Translations under genes and position numbers: made by a program
Shown here: one piece after another, positions 14,668-27,616 of the stretch
Position numbering within the stretch: position 1 is the first letter of the stretch
How the letters are laid out: each line of letters begins with the position of its first letter
Notes under the pieces: model-generated
What the model was told of the DNA's origin: nothing
Database searches by the model: none
What the model saw: only the letters and a program-made list of their open reading frames with translations
DNA from: Felis catus
Lineage: Eukaryota
Direction: 5' to 3'
NCBI RefSeq assembly: GCF_018350175.1
Contig: NC_058368.1
Span: 170,688,001 to 170,752,000, forward strand
Length of the DNA stretch: 64,000 bases

Positions 14668-15005
14668 CAGATACAGTTAGGTGCCCACAAGGAACTTTTT
14701 CCTTACTACCTTTATCCTGTATTGAAGTTATCCCATTCTTCAAACAGAGGCTTTTTTTTTTTTTTTTTTTTTACCTTCACACTCATGAACTATCTCTTCC
14801 TGTGGTTACATTTTTAGGAATAGATTTTTGGATCTATTTTACTATTCTTAGGTATTTAAAAACATTCTTAAAATCTCTATAAATACTCAAAATATTCCAT
14901 ATTTTTGGCATAGTTGAAATATCCATAGTTGAGTTTGTCCACCAATGGTCTTTACTCATGAAGTGCTGTTAATTAGGCTTTCTTAACAGATTACCATAAT
15001 AGTCC

Positions 15006-15038
15006 TTTTTTTAAATTTTTTTTTGCTTAATGTTTATT

Positions 15039-15082
<44 letters not shown>

Positions 15083-15249
15083 AGCACGAGCAGGGGAGGG
15101 GCAGAGAGAGAGGAAGACACAATCTGAAGCAGGCTCCAGGCTCTGAGCTGTCAGCACAGAGCCCGATGCAGGGCTCGAACTCACGAACTGTGAGATCACG
15201 ACCTGAGCCAAAGTCAGATGCCCAACCAACTGAGCCACCCAGGAGTCCC
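15006..15249 (-). mobile_element. CAN-SINE
   Basis: T-tail, (GA)n, 'ggctccaggctctgagctgtcagcacagagccc', head 'gagccacccagg'. Confidence 0.97.
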
Positions 15250-15699
15250 TGGCCTTATTTTCTTTGTAAATACTTCACTCCTATCTACCCCCACCCAATA
15301 CACACACCAGATTGAATCATACTTGTTTCCGAGATGTCCTAACATACAAATCATGTCTAGCCTTATGACATTTTGTTTATGTGTCTCATTCATATCTTTT
15401 TGTTTTGCTATATGCCATAGCTCCAAGGGTGCCAAAGTGCTAAATCCACTGGTTGTATTTCAATCCTCACTTTATTTGAATTCTTAAAACATTTGATGTT
15501 GATGACCACTCTGCCCTTGAAACATTGTTTTCCATTGGTTTCCATGGCATAACATCCTCTGTTTTCTTTTTTCCTTGCCTGTTAGTCTCTTTCTTGTCTA
15601 CAGGAACATTCTCCACTTGGTCATTAAATAACATTTTCCACAGCATAGATCCTCTTCCCTTCTAATTCTGCATGCTCTCCCAGCTGTTACCTTCATGCC

Positions 15700-16087
15700 C
15701 ACATTTTTGGCTAGCAAGATCCTCTTAAAGTTAGTGCCTGAATCCTTATGACCTTATGACATGATCCTGCTAGTCTCTGGATGCTTCCTTGCTATCTAGT
15801 TTGTGAAGATATTCTAGTGTCTCCTTATGTATTTCCTTCCCTAGACCTGAGGTCAGCCATTTCTCCAGGAAGTCCTGGTTTCTTTTATTGGGAAATGGTA
15901 TTTCAGGACTATAACTTGGGCTCAGGACTATGTGGTTCTATTTCATCTTTTGTATTTTACGTCTATGTTTCCTTTCTTCCACATTGATGATCATGGTTCT
16001 GCAGGTCACGGGGAATGTTAGAATTAGAATACCCCACATTACAAACACAGCAGCCTCAGGATAACAATTCTAACACTATCACCATCA

Positions 16088-16090
<3 letters not shown>
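15700..16090 (-). mobile_element. Old L1 3' UTR fragment (L1MC4/5-like)
   Basis: 'cctagacctgaggtcagccatttctccaggaagtcctggtttcttttattgggaaatggtatt' matches L1MC 3' UTR as recalled. Confidence 0.7.

Positions 16091-16091
<1 letters not shown>

Positions 16092-16141
<50 letters not shown>
16092..16141. repeat. (TA)n microsatellite
   Basis: Directly visible. Confidence 0.98.
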
Positions 16142-16142
<1 letters not shown>

Positions 16143-16821
16143 TGCTTTTGATTTAGGAAATGTTAGTGAGAATGCTAATGAGTATGCATGGATATTCTGA
16201 TCTGTCTAGAACGTTACAGACCTCTGTATTATTTGTTTGTAAATGTAACAGATGGTGCTGACTAGTAGGAATGATTTTTCCTCGGTATTCCCTTCTTTAT
16301 AGTTGAGGTTGTCAGTGGTTTCCGAGAGAAGTCTTGTGGGATTCCACACTCAACAGGCAGATTGGTATAATTAGGCTCAGTGAATTTGCACCGTGAGGTG
16401 GTGCCAGGTGGAGGTTAGAGGTGGGCTCTCTACTTCTCATTATTTTTACTCCATTTCCTGTAAAGGGAACTTCCAGGCTTATGAAAAGATTCGATCCTTT
16501 GGGGATCAGTGGTTCTCCTTTTATATGTTTACTGCCAGTGAATATAGTACTGATTTTGTTTCCTGCTGAAATATATTTTAATGGCTAATCCTTTGAAAGC
16601 CTTTTTGAGAGGATCTTAATCATTGTTCAAATAGGGATGGAGGTGTTTGTGATAGATCTAGGATAGAAAAGGGGTTTCATGAATTCATTTTGGAATGACA
16701 TGTAAGTGTTCATCTATTTGGAGAAAAAGTGAAGCTGAAACCTATTTCAGCGGGAATAATGAGAAGCTGGCTAGCTTCCAGCCCATGAATGATTCCGACT
16801 CAGTTTTCTTTTACGATCTAA

Positions 16822-16894
16822 TTTTTTAAGAGCAGCTTTAGGTTCTAATAAGCAAGATTGAGAGGAAGGTATCAAGATTTCCCATACACGCCCC
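16822..16894 (-). mobile_element. L1MC/L1MD 3'-terminal fragment
   Basis: 'agagcagctttaggttc...attgagaggaaggtatcaagatttcccatac' resembles the extreme 3' end of L1MC/MD. Confidence 0.65.
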
Positions 16895-18796
16895 ACTTGG
16901 TTTTACTGTGTAAACTGTTACTTTGTACAAAGAAATCTTAACATTTGCAGGAAGTTAATGGGAAAAAAAGGTAAAGTCTTTTGAGCTTTTGTGCGGTTGG
17001 GTTTGGGGCAGCCAAACTCTCAAATCTAGCTCTGAAAGCATTAAGGAGAAAGGAAAGAAATTTGATAGTGGAAATCATATTACATACATTTATGATGTGA
17101 TTTAATAGCTGAGAAGACTGATGTGTGATATGTGGGATGTACTGGATAACCTCTGCTTCTATTTAATGAGACATCACTAACCAGGTATTCCTTTCCTTTT
17201 TAGCTACATCTAAACCTGAAAGATATTAAAAACAAAGAAATGTGGAGCAGGAAAAAAATGGAATTAAGTAAATGTTGAGATTCATTTAAAAGAAAGGCTT
17301 GTAGGGGCTAAATACATACAACTTGGATTACATCAGTTTAAGAAAGAATGTAACCTCCAAATAATGAAAAGCAGCAAATAAGAATTCTAAAAGCAGGGAA
17401 GATTTATTTCATGATGCAGCGGTTTATGACTAAAAGGAATAAAATGAAATAAAGGTATGGGAATTAAGTTTAAAATTATCTTAATATTTACCAATTATGG
17501 TAACTTGGAAGAAATACTTTTTGTTGTTTGTGTGCATTGAAACTGTCCCTTTGCACACTGCATGCACACTTGCCAAGAAAGCGGAGGTATTTCATGTCCT
17601 GCATGTGAGCTGATCTGCATTGAACAGTGGGGTTTGTGAAGGGTTTGAATGGGGAGAATGAGAAGGCAAACCTTAAACTTGACAATTTATTGTATCACAT
17701 TATCTTCTGATTTAAGTAACTTATTTTGGATAGCTTGGTCTTTATCAAGTGAATATTCAATTTCAGTTTTGTATTTCTTCCTCTGCCACATTTCCTTTCT
17801 AAAGTGACATCTTGCTGTACAGGTGATAGGGCTTACATGATCTCCTAGCAGGACAAATGGGGATCGCATAACCAATCCTCATCCTCTAGACCTTCCTGGG
17901 TCCTTGCTGGGCAGTGACTGGTTTGCTTTGCTTTTGACATTGGTGGCTGCTGAAATCTGTCTGGCCAAGACTTGCATTGTGGGTACCACAAAAGCACTTC
18001 CAGCACATACCCCTGATCCCAGCTATTTGCCTTTGCTCACCAAATCCCTACACACTGTACTTACTTTGTCCCACCTCTAGCCCTGTTTTCACCTCCTCAT
18101 ATTCTCCCTGGGGCATATGGAAAATTCTGGATTCCTTGTATACCCTAGCAGAAAACATGGCGGGCGGGGTTTGAGGCTCTATTCCACTCACCCACTGAGC
18201 CACTTTCTTCCACTTGTGTTTCTGCTGTATGTTGTACAGTGTTGGGCATGAGCATGTGAAGAACTTCCGCAGGCAACACTCACAAAAGTGTGCCACTAAC
18301 CAGACTTCCCAGTGTTTTAGAGCTCCCGGTGCCTACCTGAATATTTCCATAATACCCTGCCCCTCACCAGCCTGGGAAAGTTAAGGACCTGTGCATCTGA
18401 CCTTTCACCCTTGCCTGTATCTTCTGCTCCTACAATCCACCTGGCCACATCTGGCAGCCTTTCATTCCCTCCTTGAATCTTACAGCCACTTCCTGTGCCA
18501 TATCTTTTCTCCATCCCAGAGTGGAGCTTTCCCTGTCACCTTCCTTGATGTCATAATGTCAGAATATCTGCTGGAAAGAAAAGTGAAAACACATGGGCGA
18601 CATTTTGTAAATGCTAACTGTGTTACAATAATAAAAAATATTAAATTTAGATTCTGATGTAAAAGGTTATGTAAAGCTCCTAATTTAAGGCTGTTTCTAT
18701 CCCATCTACCACCCTTCCTCTTTCCTATCCATTTCTTAGATCACTGTCATTCCCTGTCATAAACTGTAAAACTAAGCATTTGGAGTACATTTGCTT

Positions 18797-18814
18797 TCTC
18801 CCTCTAGTGGCTGC
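18797..18814 (-). promoter_or_regulatory. CTCF-like motif
   Basis: Minus strand reads GCAGCCACTAGAGGGAGA, one substitution from the CCASYAGRKGGC core. Confidence 0.45.
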
Positions 18815-19184
18815 CATCATCCTGGCCTCTGGATTCCTCAACTTTTCTGTCCTTTATGACTTTCACTAAATTATGGGATGGCTTCACACCCCAAACTATT
18901 AATTCCCTACAGCCCAGTCTTGGAACACAACCTTTCCTTTTAGCTTTCTCACATGACCACTATTAAAATACTCTTTCTTCTTCAGCCTTTGGCTTCTGTG
19001 TTCCCTTCTTGCCTGTTGGCTCCCCTGCCCCCTTCCCTTCTCATTCCTCTTAAATTCCATGAACCTCGCTTTCCATACTCTCTTGAAAATATCCTCAACT
19101 CCCCCTTAATCTTCATTTCACGTGCCTGACCGATTCTCAGTTTGGATCAATCTAGTGCAGTTTCTCCATGCTGCAGCCTGAATT

Positions 19185-19490
19185 TCTGAGTGCAAGGCAC
19201 AGTGCCTAGCATATGGTAATTGCCTAATGTTTGCTCAATGAATAAAAGCCTGTGGAATGCATACAGGGTAGTACTTAAGATCCTGAAATTTGGATAGGAT
19301 ATAGACACCATCTCAAACTGTAGGACCCTGGGCATATTAATGAATCTCTGTGTTTCGATCTCTTCACTGTTCAGATAAAGATCACAGTAGTATCTACTGT
19401 ATGTGAGGATTCAAAGGCACAATGAGCATAAACCATTTGGTGAGAGACTGGCACATGTTACCCCTCATGGCATTTTAGCCCCTGTGTAAT
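19185..19490 (+). mobile_element. L2 3' end followed by MIR
   Basis: 'gcacagtgcctagcatatggtaattgcctaatgtttgctcaatgaataaa' then MIR core 'gaccctgggcatattaatgaatctctgtgtttc...gtgaggattcaa'. Confidence 0.75.
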
Positions 19491-20199
19491 TGTTGAAGCA
19501 GAGTGGACTAGTCATCTACACCTGCACCATGGTTTGTGTTCCTTTACCACATAGTTTCAGTAGTCCAAAAAGCTATGATTGGACTGGCTAGTGGGAGGAG
19601 AAAGGAACAAGGAGCTGCAAGTTAGATCACAGCAAGCAGGAGTTAGAGTGTTTGTTAGCAGCTAATGAAATTATTGTAGTATTTTGTTGACACTGTTTCT
19701 CACTCAAAGTCTAATAAATATGAACACAAAAAACTTGTTACCATACAAATAAATTCAGAAAAAGCAGAATAATCCTAATTTATGCTAAGATCACATCTTA
19801 GATTTTGCTTGGGCTTATACTTTGTTCTTGCTTCATTTTTCCCTCTCTTAATCACCATTCTTCCTTCTCTTGTGTAGTTCCCAAGTTTTCCTACAAGGAC
19901 ACTGGTCCTCTAAATATGCCATAAAAGTTCATCTAAGCTCTGTTTTTGAGACTTCAGCAAAGATACAGAACCAAGTAGACACTAACATCCACATGTTATT
20001 GGAGTTTCCCTACTGCTCATTTAATGGAACGTATCTCTCTGTCTCTGTCTCTGTCTTACTCCATTCTTTAATAGTATTTTTAGATACCCTAGGAAGTCTT
20101 CTGTGAGGATCACCCAGCCTACAAACCCTGACAGGATATGGGGTATATCTTTTCTGCCTTAGGATCCTGCAATCATGCCTGGCCCATAGACAGCCTTAG

Positions 20200-20201
<2 letters not shown>

Positions 20202-20245
<44 letters not shown>

Positions 20246-20290
20246 CTGTGTGTGTGTGTGTGTGTGCGTGTGCACATGTGCATGTGTGTG
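20202..20290. repeat. (GT)n microsatellite
   Basis: Directly visible. Confidence 0.98.
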
Positions 20291-20589
20291 GGTTGCTATT
20301 GAATTAACTTAAAAGATGGGTAATTTGCCTTGAAGGTCAGATATCCACAGATATGATGGAAATTTGTGTTACCACTTAAGATTTCTGGATTTCTTTGCTT
20401 TAATTCTGCCAAAGAGTTCACTAGCCAAATTCTTCACTGGACCTTTTAAAACTATTTTATGGTCCACTGTTCTTTTTTTTCTTCTATTCCCATCCTTCTC
20501 CATCTTTCATTTATGTTACACTGTAGAGAAGGGGGACAACATATACACACATTTAATGGTTTTAAGCATTTTCACAAATATTAAATAAT

Positions 20590-20765
20590 CACTTAACGTA
20601 TCGTGACTCCCACAAACAGAATGTGATACCCACAATAATAACCCAAGGGGTAGATTTTATCTCCCCAGTTTGTAGGTGAGAAAACCGAAGTGCTAAGAGG
20701 TTAAATACATTTTCCAAGGACATATGGCTGTTAACGGGAAGGAAACTAGATTTGAATCTAGATTT
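20590..20765 (-). mobile_element. MIR SINE
   Basis: 'tatctccccagtttgtaggtgagaaaaccgaagtgctaagaggttaaatacattttccaaggacatatggct' is the antisense MIR core. Confidence 0.85.
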
Positions 20766-21289
20766 GAAAAATATATTTTGGGACTGTAATCTTCTTGAGG
20801 GATGACAGCTTACATAAATTCATATAAAACTTACACTTGATCTAACATATTCGTGTCAGGTACTATGCCAATAGTTGCAAATTAGAAATTAGGTAATGTT
20901 ACATATTTGACTTTTTGCAATTAAGATAATTATTTGGAAATGTTGTAAATAAAATGTGTTCAGTTATTTCAACAAAGTTGCACAGTGACTGAGTGCCAAT
21001 TTGAAGAAATGAAAATAAATCTCTCTAATAAGAAAGGTAGCTTTGTTAGAAAGGGGGAGTCATGAGTATATCTATAGAGTCCAGAGAAAATTTTTAAACA
21101 AGCCATAGTTTTAAAAAGGATTTAAGTAATTTCTCTGTATAACCCTTGTATTTATACACAGTGTTTATGAAATACTTGGCAATAAGAGAATTAATCTACT
21201 AGAGCCGTCCACACCCAATCATTAGACTATGTACATCATCTTTCTCACTGATTCACTCAGGTATGACTTAGGAGGCCACAGTTTCAACC

Positions 21290-21450
21290 AAATCATCAGT
21301 ATCCATGTAATAGATTTATTTCTTTATTGTCTGTGTTCCTCCACTAGAATGTAGAATTTACTTTTGGAGTTTGTTCACTGATATATCCCCAGGACCTAGA
21401 ACAGTGGCTTGCACATTATTGGTGTTCAAAAAATATTTGTAAATGGTTGA
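21290..21450 (+). mobile_element. L2 3' end
   Basis: 'gttcactgatatatccccaggacctagaacagtggcttgcacattattggtgttcaaaaaatatttgt'. Confidence 0.8.
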
Positions 21451-21469
21451 CTGACCAGCATGGAAATTT

Positions 21470-24400
21470 ATTTAGTTTATTCAGCTATTCTGATGGGAAC
21501 AGGTCAGGTTGTTTCCAAGTGTCATACATGACAAACAACATCACAGTGAATTTTCTTTTATATGTCTCTATGCCTATATGCAAGGATGTGTCTAGGGTAG
21601 AGTCTCATAAGAAAAATCTGTGGGTCAAAATATATGCACACTTTAAAATTTTAAGACAAGAAAAATAGCCCTCCAGAAAGGTTACACCAGTTTATACTCT
21701 CCATTATGGGAGTATCTATTTCCTCGGATCCTTGCCAACACTATGTGTAAGAGAACTTTTTAATGTCTCTCTAGCTGTTGGGCAAAACTGTCATTTTTAA
21801 ATGCAAGGTGAAAGAGAAGGTATGATTGAGTAGGCAGCTATCGTTTCTGCCTTGAAATTCATTTACTTCCTTTAAAATGTTGTATCATTCTTTTACTTTT
21901 TTCTTGATTTATAAGTCAGTTTTATGAAAAAGTCTAGCATGTTGTTGAATGATAGAAGAGATAAAGATATCTTCCTCTTATTCCTGACTTTAGTTTTCAC
22001 CAATAAATACCATGATTGCTCTTGTTTTCTTGTAGCTTCATACTGAGTCAAGAATGTTTCTTAGTTTCCTGTGTATCCTTAGTTTACTATAAATTTTGTT
22101 TTGTTTTAATTGGAAAGGAGAGTTGGATTTTATTGCTTGAGGTCCTCCTATAGGTTTCTTCCCCCTCCTTTTGTCCATTATTGTAGTGAATTGCATTGAT
22201 ATATTTTTTAGTGTTGAGACACTGTTGCATTCCTGGGATAAATGACCTACTTAGTCCTGATGGAATCGATCTGTTGCTACTTTTATTTAGAATTTTACTA
22301 CAAGTTTCTAAGTAAGACTGACTTTATGTTTTTATATTGACCTGTCTGGCTTAGGTTTAGGAGTTTATTTCAGCATTATAAAATTATTACAATAGCTTTT
22401 TCACTTTTCCATGTTATGGAACAGTTGTTATAATCTGGGAATTATCTCCTTCTTGAAGGGATGTAGAAATTAACTTATTAAACTATTTTAACAACTAACT
22501 TTGGAGGGGGATAGATATTTTCCATCTCTTTACTGTTTTTGAACTTTTTAATTTTTTGTGCCAATTTTGGTAACATATTTTCCTAAAGAGATTATTTGCC
22601 TAGGTTTTCAAAGTTATATAAAGCTCCTCATAAGTGTTCTTTTTTCATTTTTAATAAATCTCTTACCTATTTTAATGTCCCCTTTTTTATTCCTTATTTT
22701 TTCTCACCCCTCCCCTTTTAAAAAATAGACTTGTCAAACCATCTGGATTTTAAGTAAATAGTCCTGTGTTTACATGCCGGCCACTAATTTTATTTTATTT
22801 TTTAATCCTTAATAAGCCAGGTAAAATATGGGCACTGGCCAAACTTGAGCTGATAATGATTGAACATTATATTTCTGTTTTCCATCCTTCTAGAGGAATA
22901 CCTTTATTTTTTTATTTTTTTAAAATTTTTAATAATTTATTTATTTTTTAAATTTACATCCAAGTTAGTTAGAATATGGTGCAACAATGATTTCAGGAGT
23001 AGATTCCATAATGCCCCTTACCCATTTAGCCCATCCCCCCTCCCACAACCCCTCCAGTAACTCTCTGTTTCCCATATCTAAGAGTCTCTTATGTTTTGTC
23101 CCCATCCCTGTTTTTATATTATTTTTGCTTCCCTTCCCTTATGTTCATCTGTTTTGTATCTTAAAGTCCTCATATGAGTGAAGTCGTATGATATTTGTCT
23201 TTTTCTAATTTCACTTAGCATAATACCCTCTAGTTCCATCCTTTTAGAGGAACACCTTCATTTTTAACAATAATTTAAATTTCACTTTCAATGAGAGTTA
23301 GTAGGTGTATCTTCTCGAGAGCAAGACCAGGATCTGAGAGCACTTTCCTTTCCTTGTTCCTTCCTTTCTTTGACACTTCCCATGTTGATAGCTCCTGGGA
23401 TTTAAATTCCAAATTATTACTGCATGCTTAAAATTTTACAATTAATATTTATTTGTATTTATTCATACATTTTACTGTTTTCTTGACTCACTGCTACTTC
23501 TGTGTTCATTTTTCCACTTATATTTATTATTTGTTTTACTTTAGTAGCTCCTTTAGTAACTCTTTCAGATAGTGTCTGAGAATTATCGATAAACTTGAAG
23601 TTTCACATACCTGGAAAGGTCTTTATTTTGCACTCATGAATTACAGCTTAGGAGTATAGAATTTTAGATTTAGAGAGTAGTATATCTCATAACTTTAAAT
23701 ATATAGTTCTACTGTCCTCTTGTATCAAATGTTATTGAAAATTCTGTTCAAACCTAATATTTAATTTTGGATTCTTCAAGTGTTTGTACTAGAAGCCTAG
23801 TATATTTTTTCTTTATTCTTGGTGTTCCAGAATGACTGTGATCTGTGTCTGCTTCTCCTCCTATGATCCCTCTCATCCCTTTGATTGTGAGGGCTAATGT
23901 CTTTATTTGGGTTTGAGAAGTATTATAAATTACGGAAGCATTTCCTCCAGTCTGTTGATCTGTTCTCTATTTCTGGGACTACTGCATAAATCTTTAAGGA
24001 TTTACATCTATTCTCCAGGTTTCTGTGTTTTTCTTTCAAGCTTTCATTTTCTTTTCCTTGTTTTGATATATTTTGGTATACTTTTCTTGGCCAATTTTCC
24101 AGCCCACTTCTTCCCTCTCTTTTTTATTGAGGTATAATTTATATATTTAAAAACGCACAGGTCCCAGGTGCTTCACATTGATCAAGATACAGTTCCTTAA
24201 TTCCAAAAAGTCCTCTTGGGCCTCTTTCCAGGCAATCCTTACTCTCCATGAGAGACAGCCATTATTTTGATAGCTCTATCACCATTTTTGAACTTTATAA
24301 AAATGAAACTATATAGCATATACGCTTTTGTGCTTCGTTTCTTTTGCTCAATATGTCTGTGAGATTTTTTTTTTCATGATGATGTCTGTCTCAATAGCAT

Positions 24401-24600
24401 GTTACTTTCTGAGAAGTATGCTACTTCTTGGTGGCATACTTATTATGAACATATTATAGTTTGTTTATCCAGACTCTTACTGATGGATGTATGGACTATA
24501 ATGAAAAAAGCTACTATGAAAATTCTTATACAGGTATTTCATAGATAGACACACTTATTTTTCCTGGAACTAATCTTCACTTGCATCTCTTTTGTTCCCT
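21470..24600 (-). mobile_element. Patchwork of old, decayed L1M fragments
   Basis: T-rich antisense L1 motifs 'ccagtttatactctccatta', 'catcc/gatccttgccaacact', 'ttgcattcctgggataaat', 'ggagtatagaattttagatt'. Confidence 0.7.
22905..23241 (-). mobile_element. Short 5'-truncated felid L1 3' end inserted in older L1M
   Basis: T-tail, 'aagttagttagaatatggtgcaacaatgatttcaggagtagatt', 'catatgagtgaagtcgtatgatatttgtc'; TSD tt(c/t)tagaggaa(t/c)acctt. Confidence 0.93.
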
Positions 24601-27517
24601 ATCCTATCCAGTTTATGAATTTTAAATAAATCTTTTATTTTTTTTGTTTCTGAGATCTCTTGTTCATTTTGTATGTGTGTGTAGTGTAAGATACTTCTAA
24701 ATCACGTGGTAGGTGATGTGTTCCATTACATATGTTACTTTCTTTTGTTCTGTTTTCTAGGTACTGGGTTGCATACTTCGTCTGTGTTTATTTGGGCCTT
24801 TCTTTCATAGGTAATTTTATGTTGTGTTTTCACCTTTGTGAGTGGTGAACCTGTTCACAGCATTTTATGCTTCTGCACCAGTGATTGTCAGAAAGTGGCA
24901 AGAGATGCTTGGGATGAGGTGTCCCCATTTCTGGGCTGGGGAGAGAGCTCTGGGGACTTTGCCTGCCCAGGCCTATTCAAGCCACCATGGAGTCAGGCAC
25001 CTCTGGTTACTTCTTCTGGGTACAAGTGAGGCTTGGGGGTTTTGGGGGAGGCATGTTTGGCTGTGAGAAAGCACAGGATTGGTGATGTAGCCAACCATCC
25101 TTAGTTGCTGGGCCACCTGTACTCTTCTAATGGGCAGTGTAACCACCACCTACTCCTTATCCTGTTCTAGTTCTCTTGCAACTGTCCTCCATCCTTTTTT
25201 TGACAGTCTGAATTCTGTCAGTTAAGTATTTCTGTTCACTTAGGTCGTGTCTTTTATTCCATCAGCCTTGTGAATGTTTCACTTTTCAAATATATTTGTG
25301 CCATTTTGTATGGGTTAAGAGTGGGATGGGAAGCTTCAATGAGTCCTTTTTCTGCCATCTTGATCCCACCCTTCCTTAATGAGTTAGGTCATAGTAATAA
25401 CTTCTCTATCATAGATATAGGTAAACGTTAGAGATGTTAAGGCTGAAAAATCTTTACTGAATTTCTAAAAAAAATATATGTATATATGATTTTTGGTTAT
25501 TTTTCTATTATCATTTACTTGTGGTTCTTCAAAATCACAGGAGTTTGGTCTCTTTTAACCTGCAAATGCTGTAAGCAATGTGATCTTAAAATTAAGCATG
25601 TGTAATTCTGTTCTTTTGCCATAGACAACATTTTGCTAGATTGAAATTAATAGTTTTAAATGAAAAATCTCCACCTGATTGATTGCAACTTCCCAGGAGA
25701 TATGTTCACTTAGCCCAAAATATACTGTAGGAATGTTATCTTTTATCTACTTAATTTTCATTAAGATTTTAACACATGGATGATTAACTTTGAGAAACTA
25801 GATCTGCACATACAACACGTGAAGCTCCATGAGTAATGAGGTATTTGAATCCTAGGGATGTTGGCCGTGGCTTTGGAGGGCACAGGCTTTCAACCACTTA
25901 AACCAGAATCTCACAGAAGCTATAATAAGTCTTTGGCTTGCTCTTTTTGCAACTGGCTGAAAAATATCCATTGAATTAAGCAGTGACATGTGGGTATGCT
26001 ATGTCATAAACCATTAGGACCATAATACATCACAGAGACTCTGTGCAACTGATTTTCTGGGATTAAAAGTAATGTTTCACTCAGCCAGTTGCTTGTTGCA
26101 ATTTCAACAGACTTGAAGCCATTTGTTTTTATTTCCCCTTTTACCTCCCTCTCAAAGTTTCCCCATAATAAGATTTACAGTGACTTCAATTTTGGTAAGG
26201 AATCAATTTCAGTAGCCCTAAAAGAGTGAATGGTCAGCCTTAACTTGAAATCAAAATGGTTTTTAGATCTTAAAAAAATAATAAGTTTTTAAATGCTGGT
26301 TATGAAAGTCAGTTATATTTTTCTTCTCTGAATTTATGTTACACAACCTTTCGTGTCTCTCAATTCTAGCTTCTACACTGCATGTACCGTTTCATACATT
26401 TTATAATGTTAGAACATTTATTGATGCTGAGAAGCTTGATTGATAGTGAACTGCTTCTTCGTGGTGAGAATTTAGAGTGTGTTATAAGGATAAGTTTGTA
26501 TATATATATAAAAACTGTGAACCCAAACAGATTTAAAACTCAGTACTACCAGGAGTAATGTTTGATCTTTATAGGTAATAATTACCTAATAATTTCAGGA
26601 CGCAGTATAACTAGAAGAAAGAGGGCAGGCTGATATGTGGTAAAACTCTGCCGTCTTAGAAGTGAAAGAATCAGCTTATTCTGTTACTTTATGTTTCAGT
26701 AGCTGTAATAATGTTTTTACATTGTGCCTCTGTATGCTTTATTTCTCGCAACTGAAATGATCATGTCCATGAGGATAGTTTTGCTTCTGCATCTCTCCTC
26801 TATGAATAATTACAGTTCTTACGTAGTGTTCAAGAAAGAAGATGCTTGGAGCTTTGGAAGCACTTCCAGAACCCTGGACACTCAGGAGTGTCTGCCTTTG
26901 TGTGGAAAAAAGATACTGACGTCTACCCATGTAATCACTGCATTTTGCAGATTGATGCAATAATGAGTTCACTATGAAATTTGGAGAATTGGCTTTATTT
27001 GTTTTTTTTTTTTTACAATGAAGCTTAAATAGTTCAGAATAATCTGGGAAAGGCCATTCACAATTACTAAAACCTGTATCTTAATGAAAAGTTTAAAAGT
27101 AATGTGCTTTTGTGCCTTCAAGAACATACACAATTTATGTGTTCAATTGCATTATAATAGCATAAACAGAGATCCTGTTAGGCTTATATAAATGAATAAT
27201 TAAGAAAACTAAATATACAAATATTTATTGAGTATTTATTGAGGCTTACCAGTCATCTTAAACTGGGTCTCTGCATCCTATAAAAAAAAAAACAAAAACA
27301 AAAACAAAAAACTATTCTGTTCTTTACTTTTCAAAAAAATGAGAAGGATTAAAAACGGGGTGGTTTCAAAGTGATTATGGAAACTAAAGGTACTTTCACA
27401 TACATAGAAAATATCTATATATATTTATGTAGATATCTCAGATCTCCTTTCATGGAAAAAAGTAACCTTAGAGGTTCTAGAAAGAATTGTAAATGTCTTA
27501 AGACGCTATTGGCAATA

Positions 27518-27616
27518 CAGTAGCCCCTGGGGACAACCTTCAGAGAATATTCTAGTGAATGGTGCCCCCTAGAGCAAGCCTTAGTATGAATGGCATTCCT
27601 TGGAGTTTAGCAACAC
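27518..27616. mobile_element. MER91-like hAT-Tip100 fragment carrying a CTCF-like motif
   Basis: 'gaatggtgccccctagagc' and 'gaatggcattccttggagtttagcaac' resemble the MER91 motif GAATGGCGCCCCCTGGAGTTGTGCA as recalled. Confidence 0.55.
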
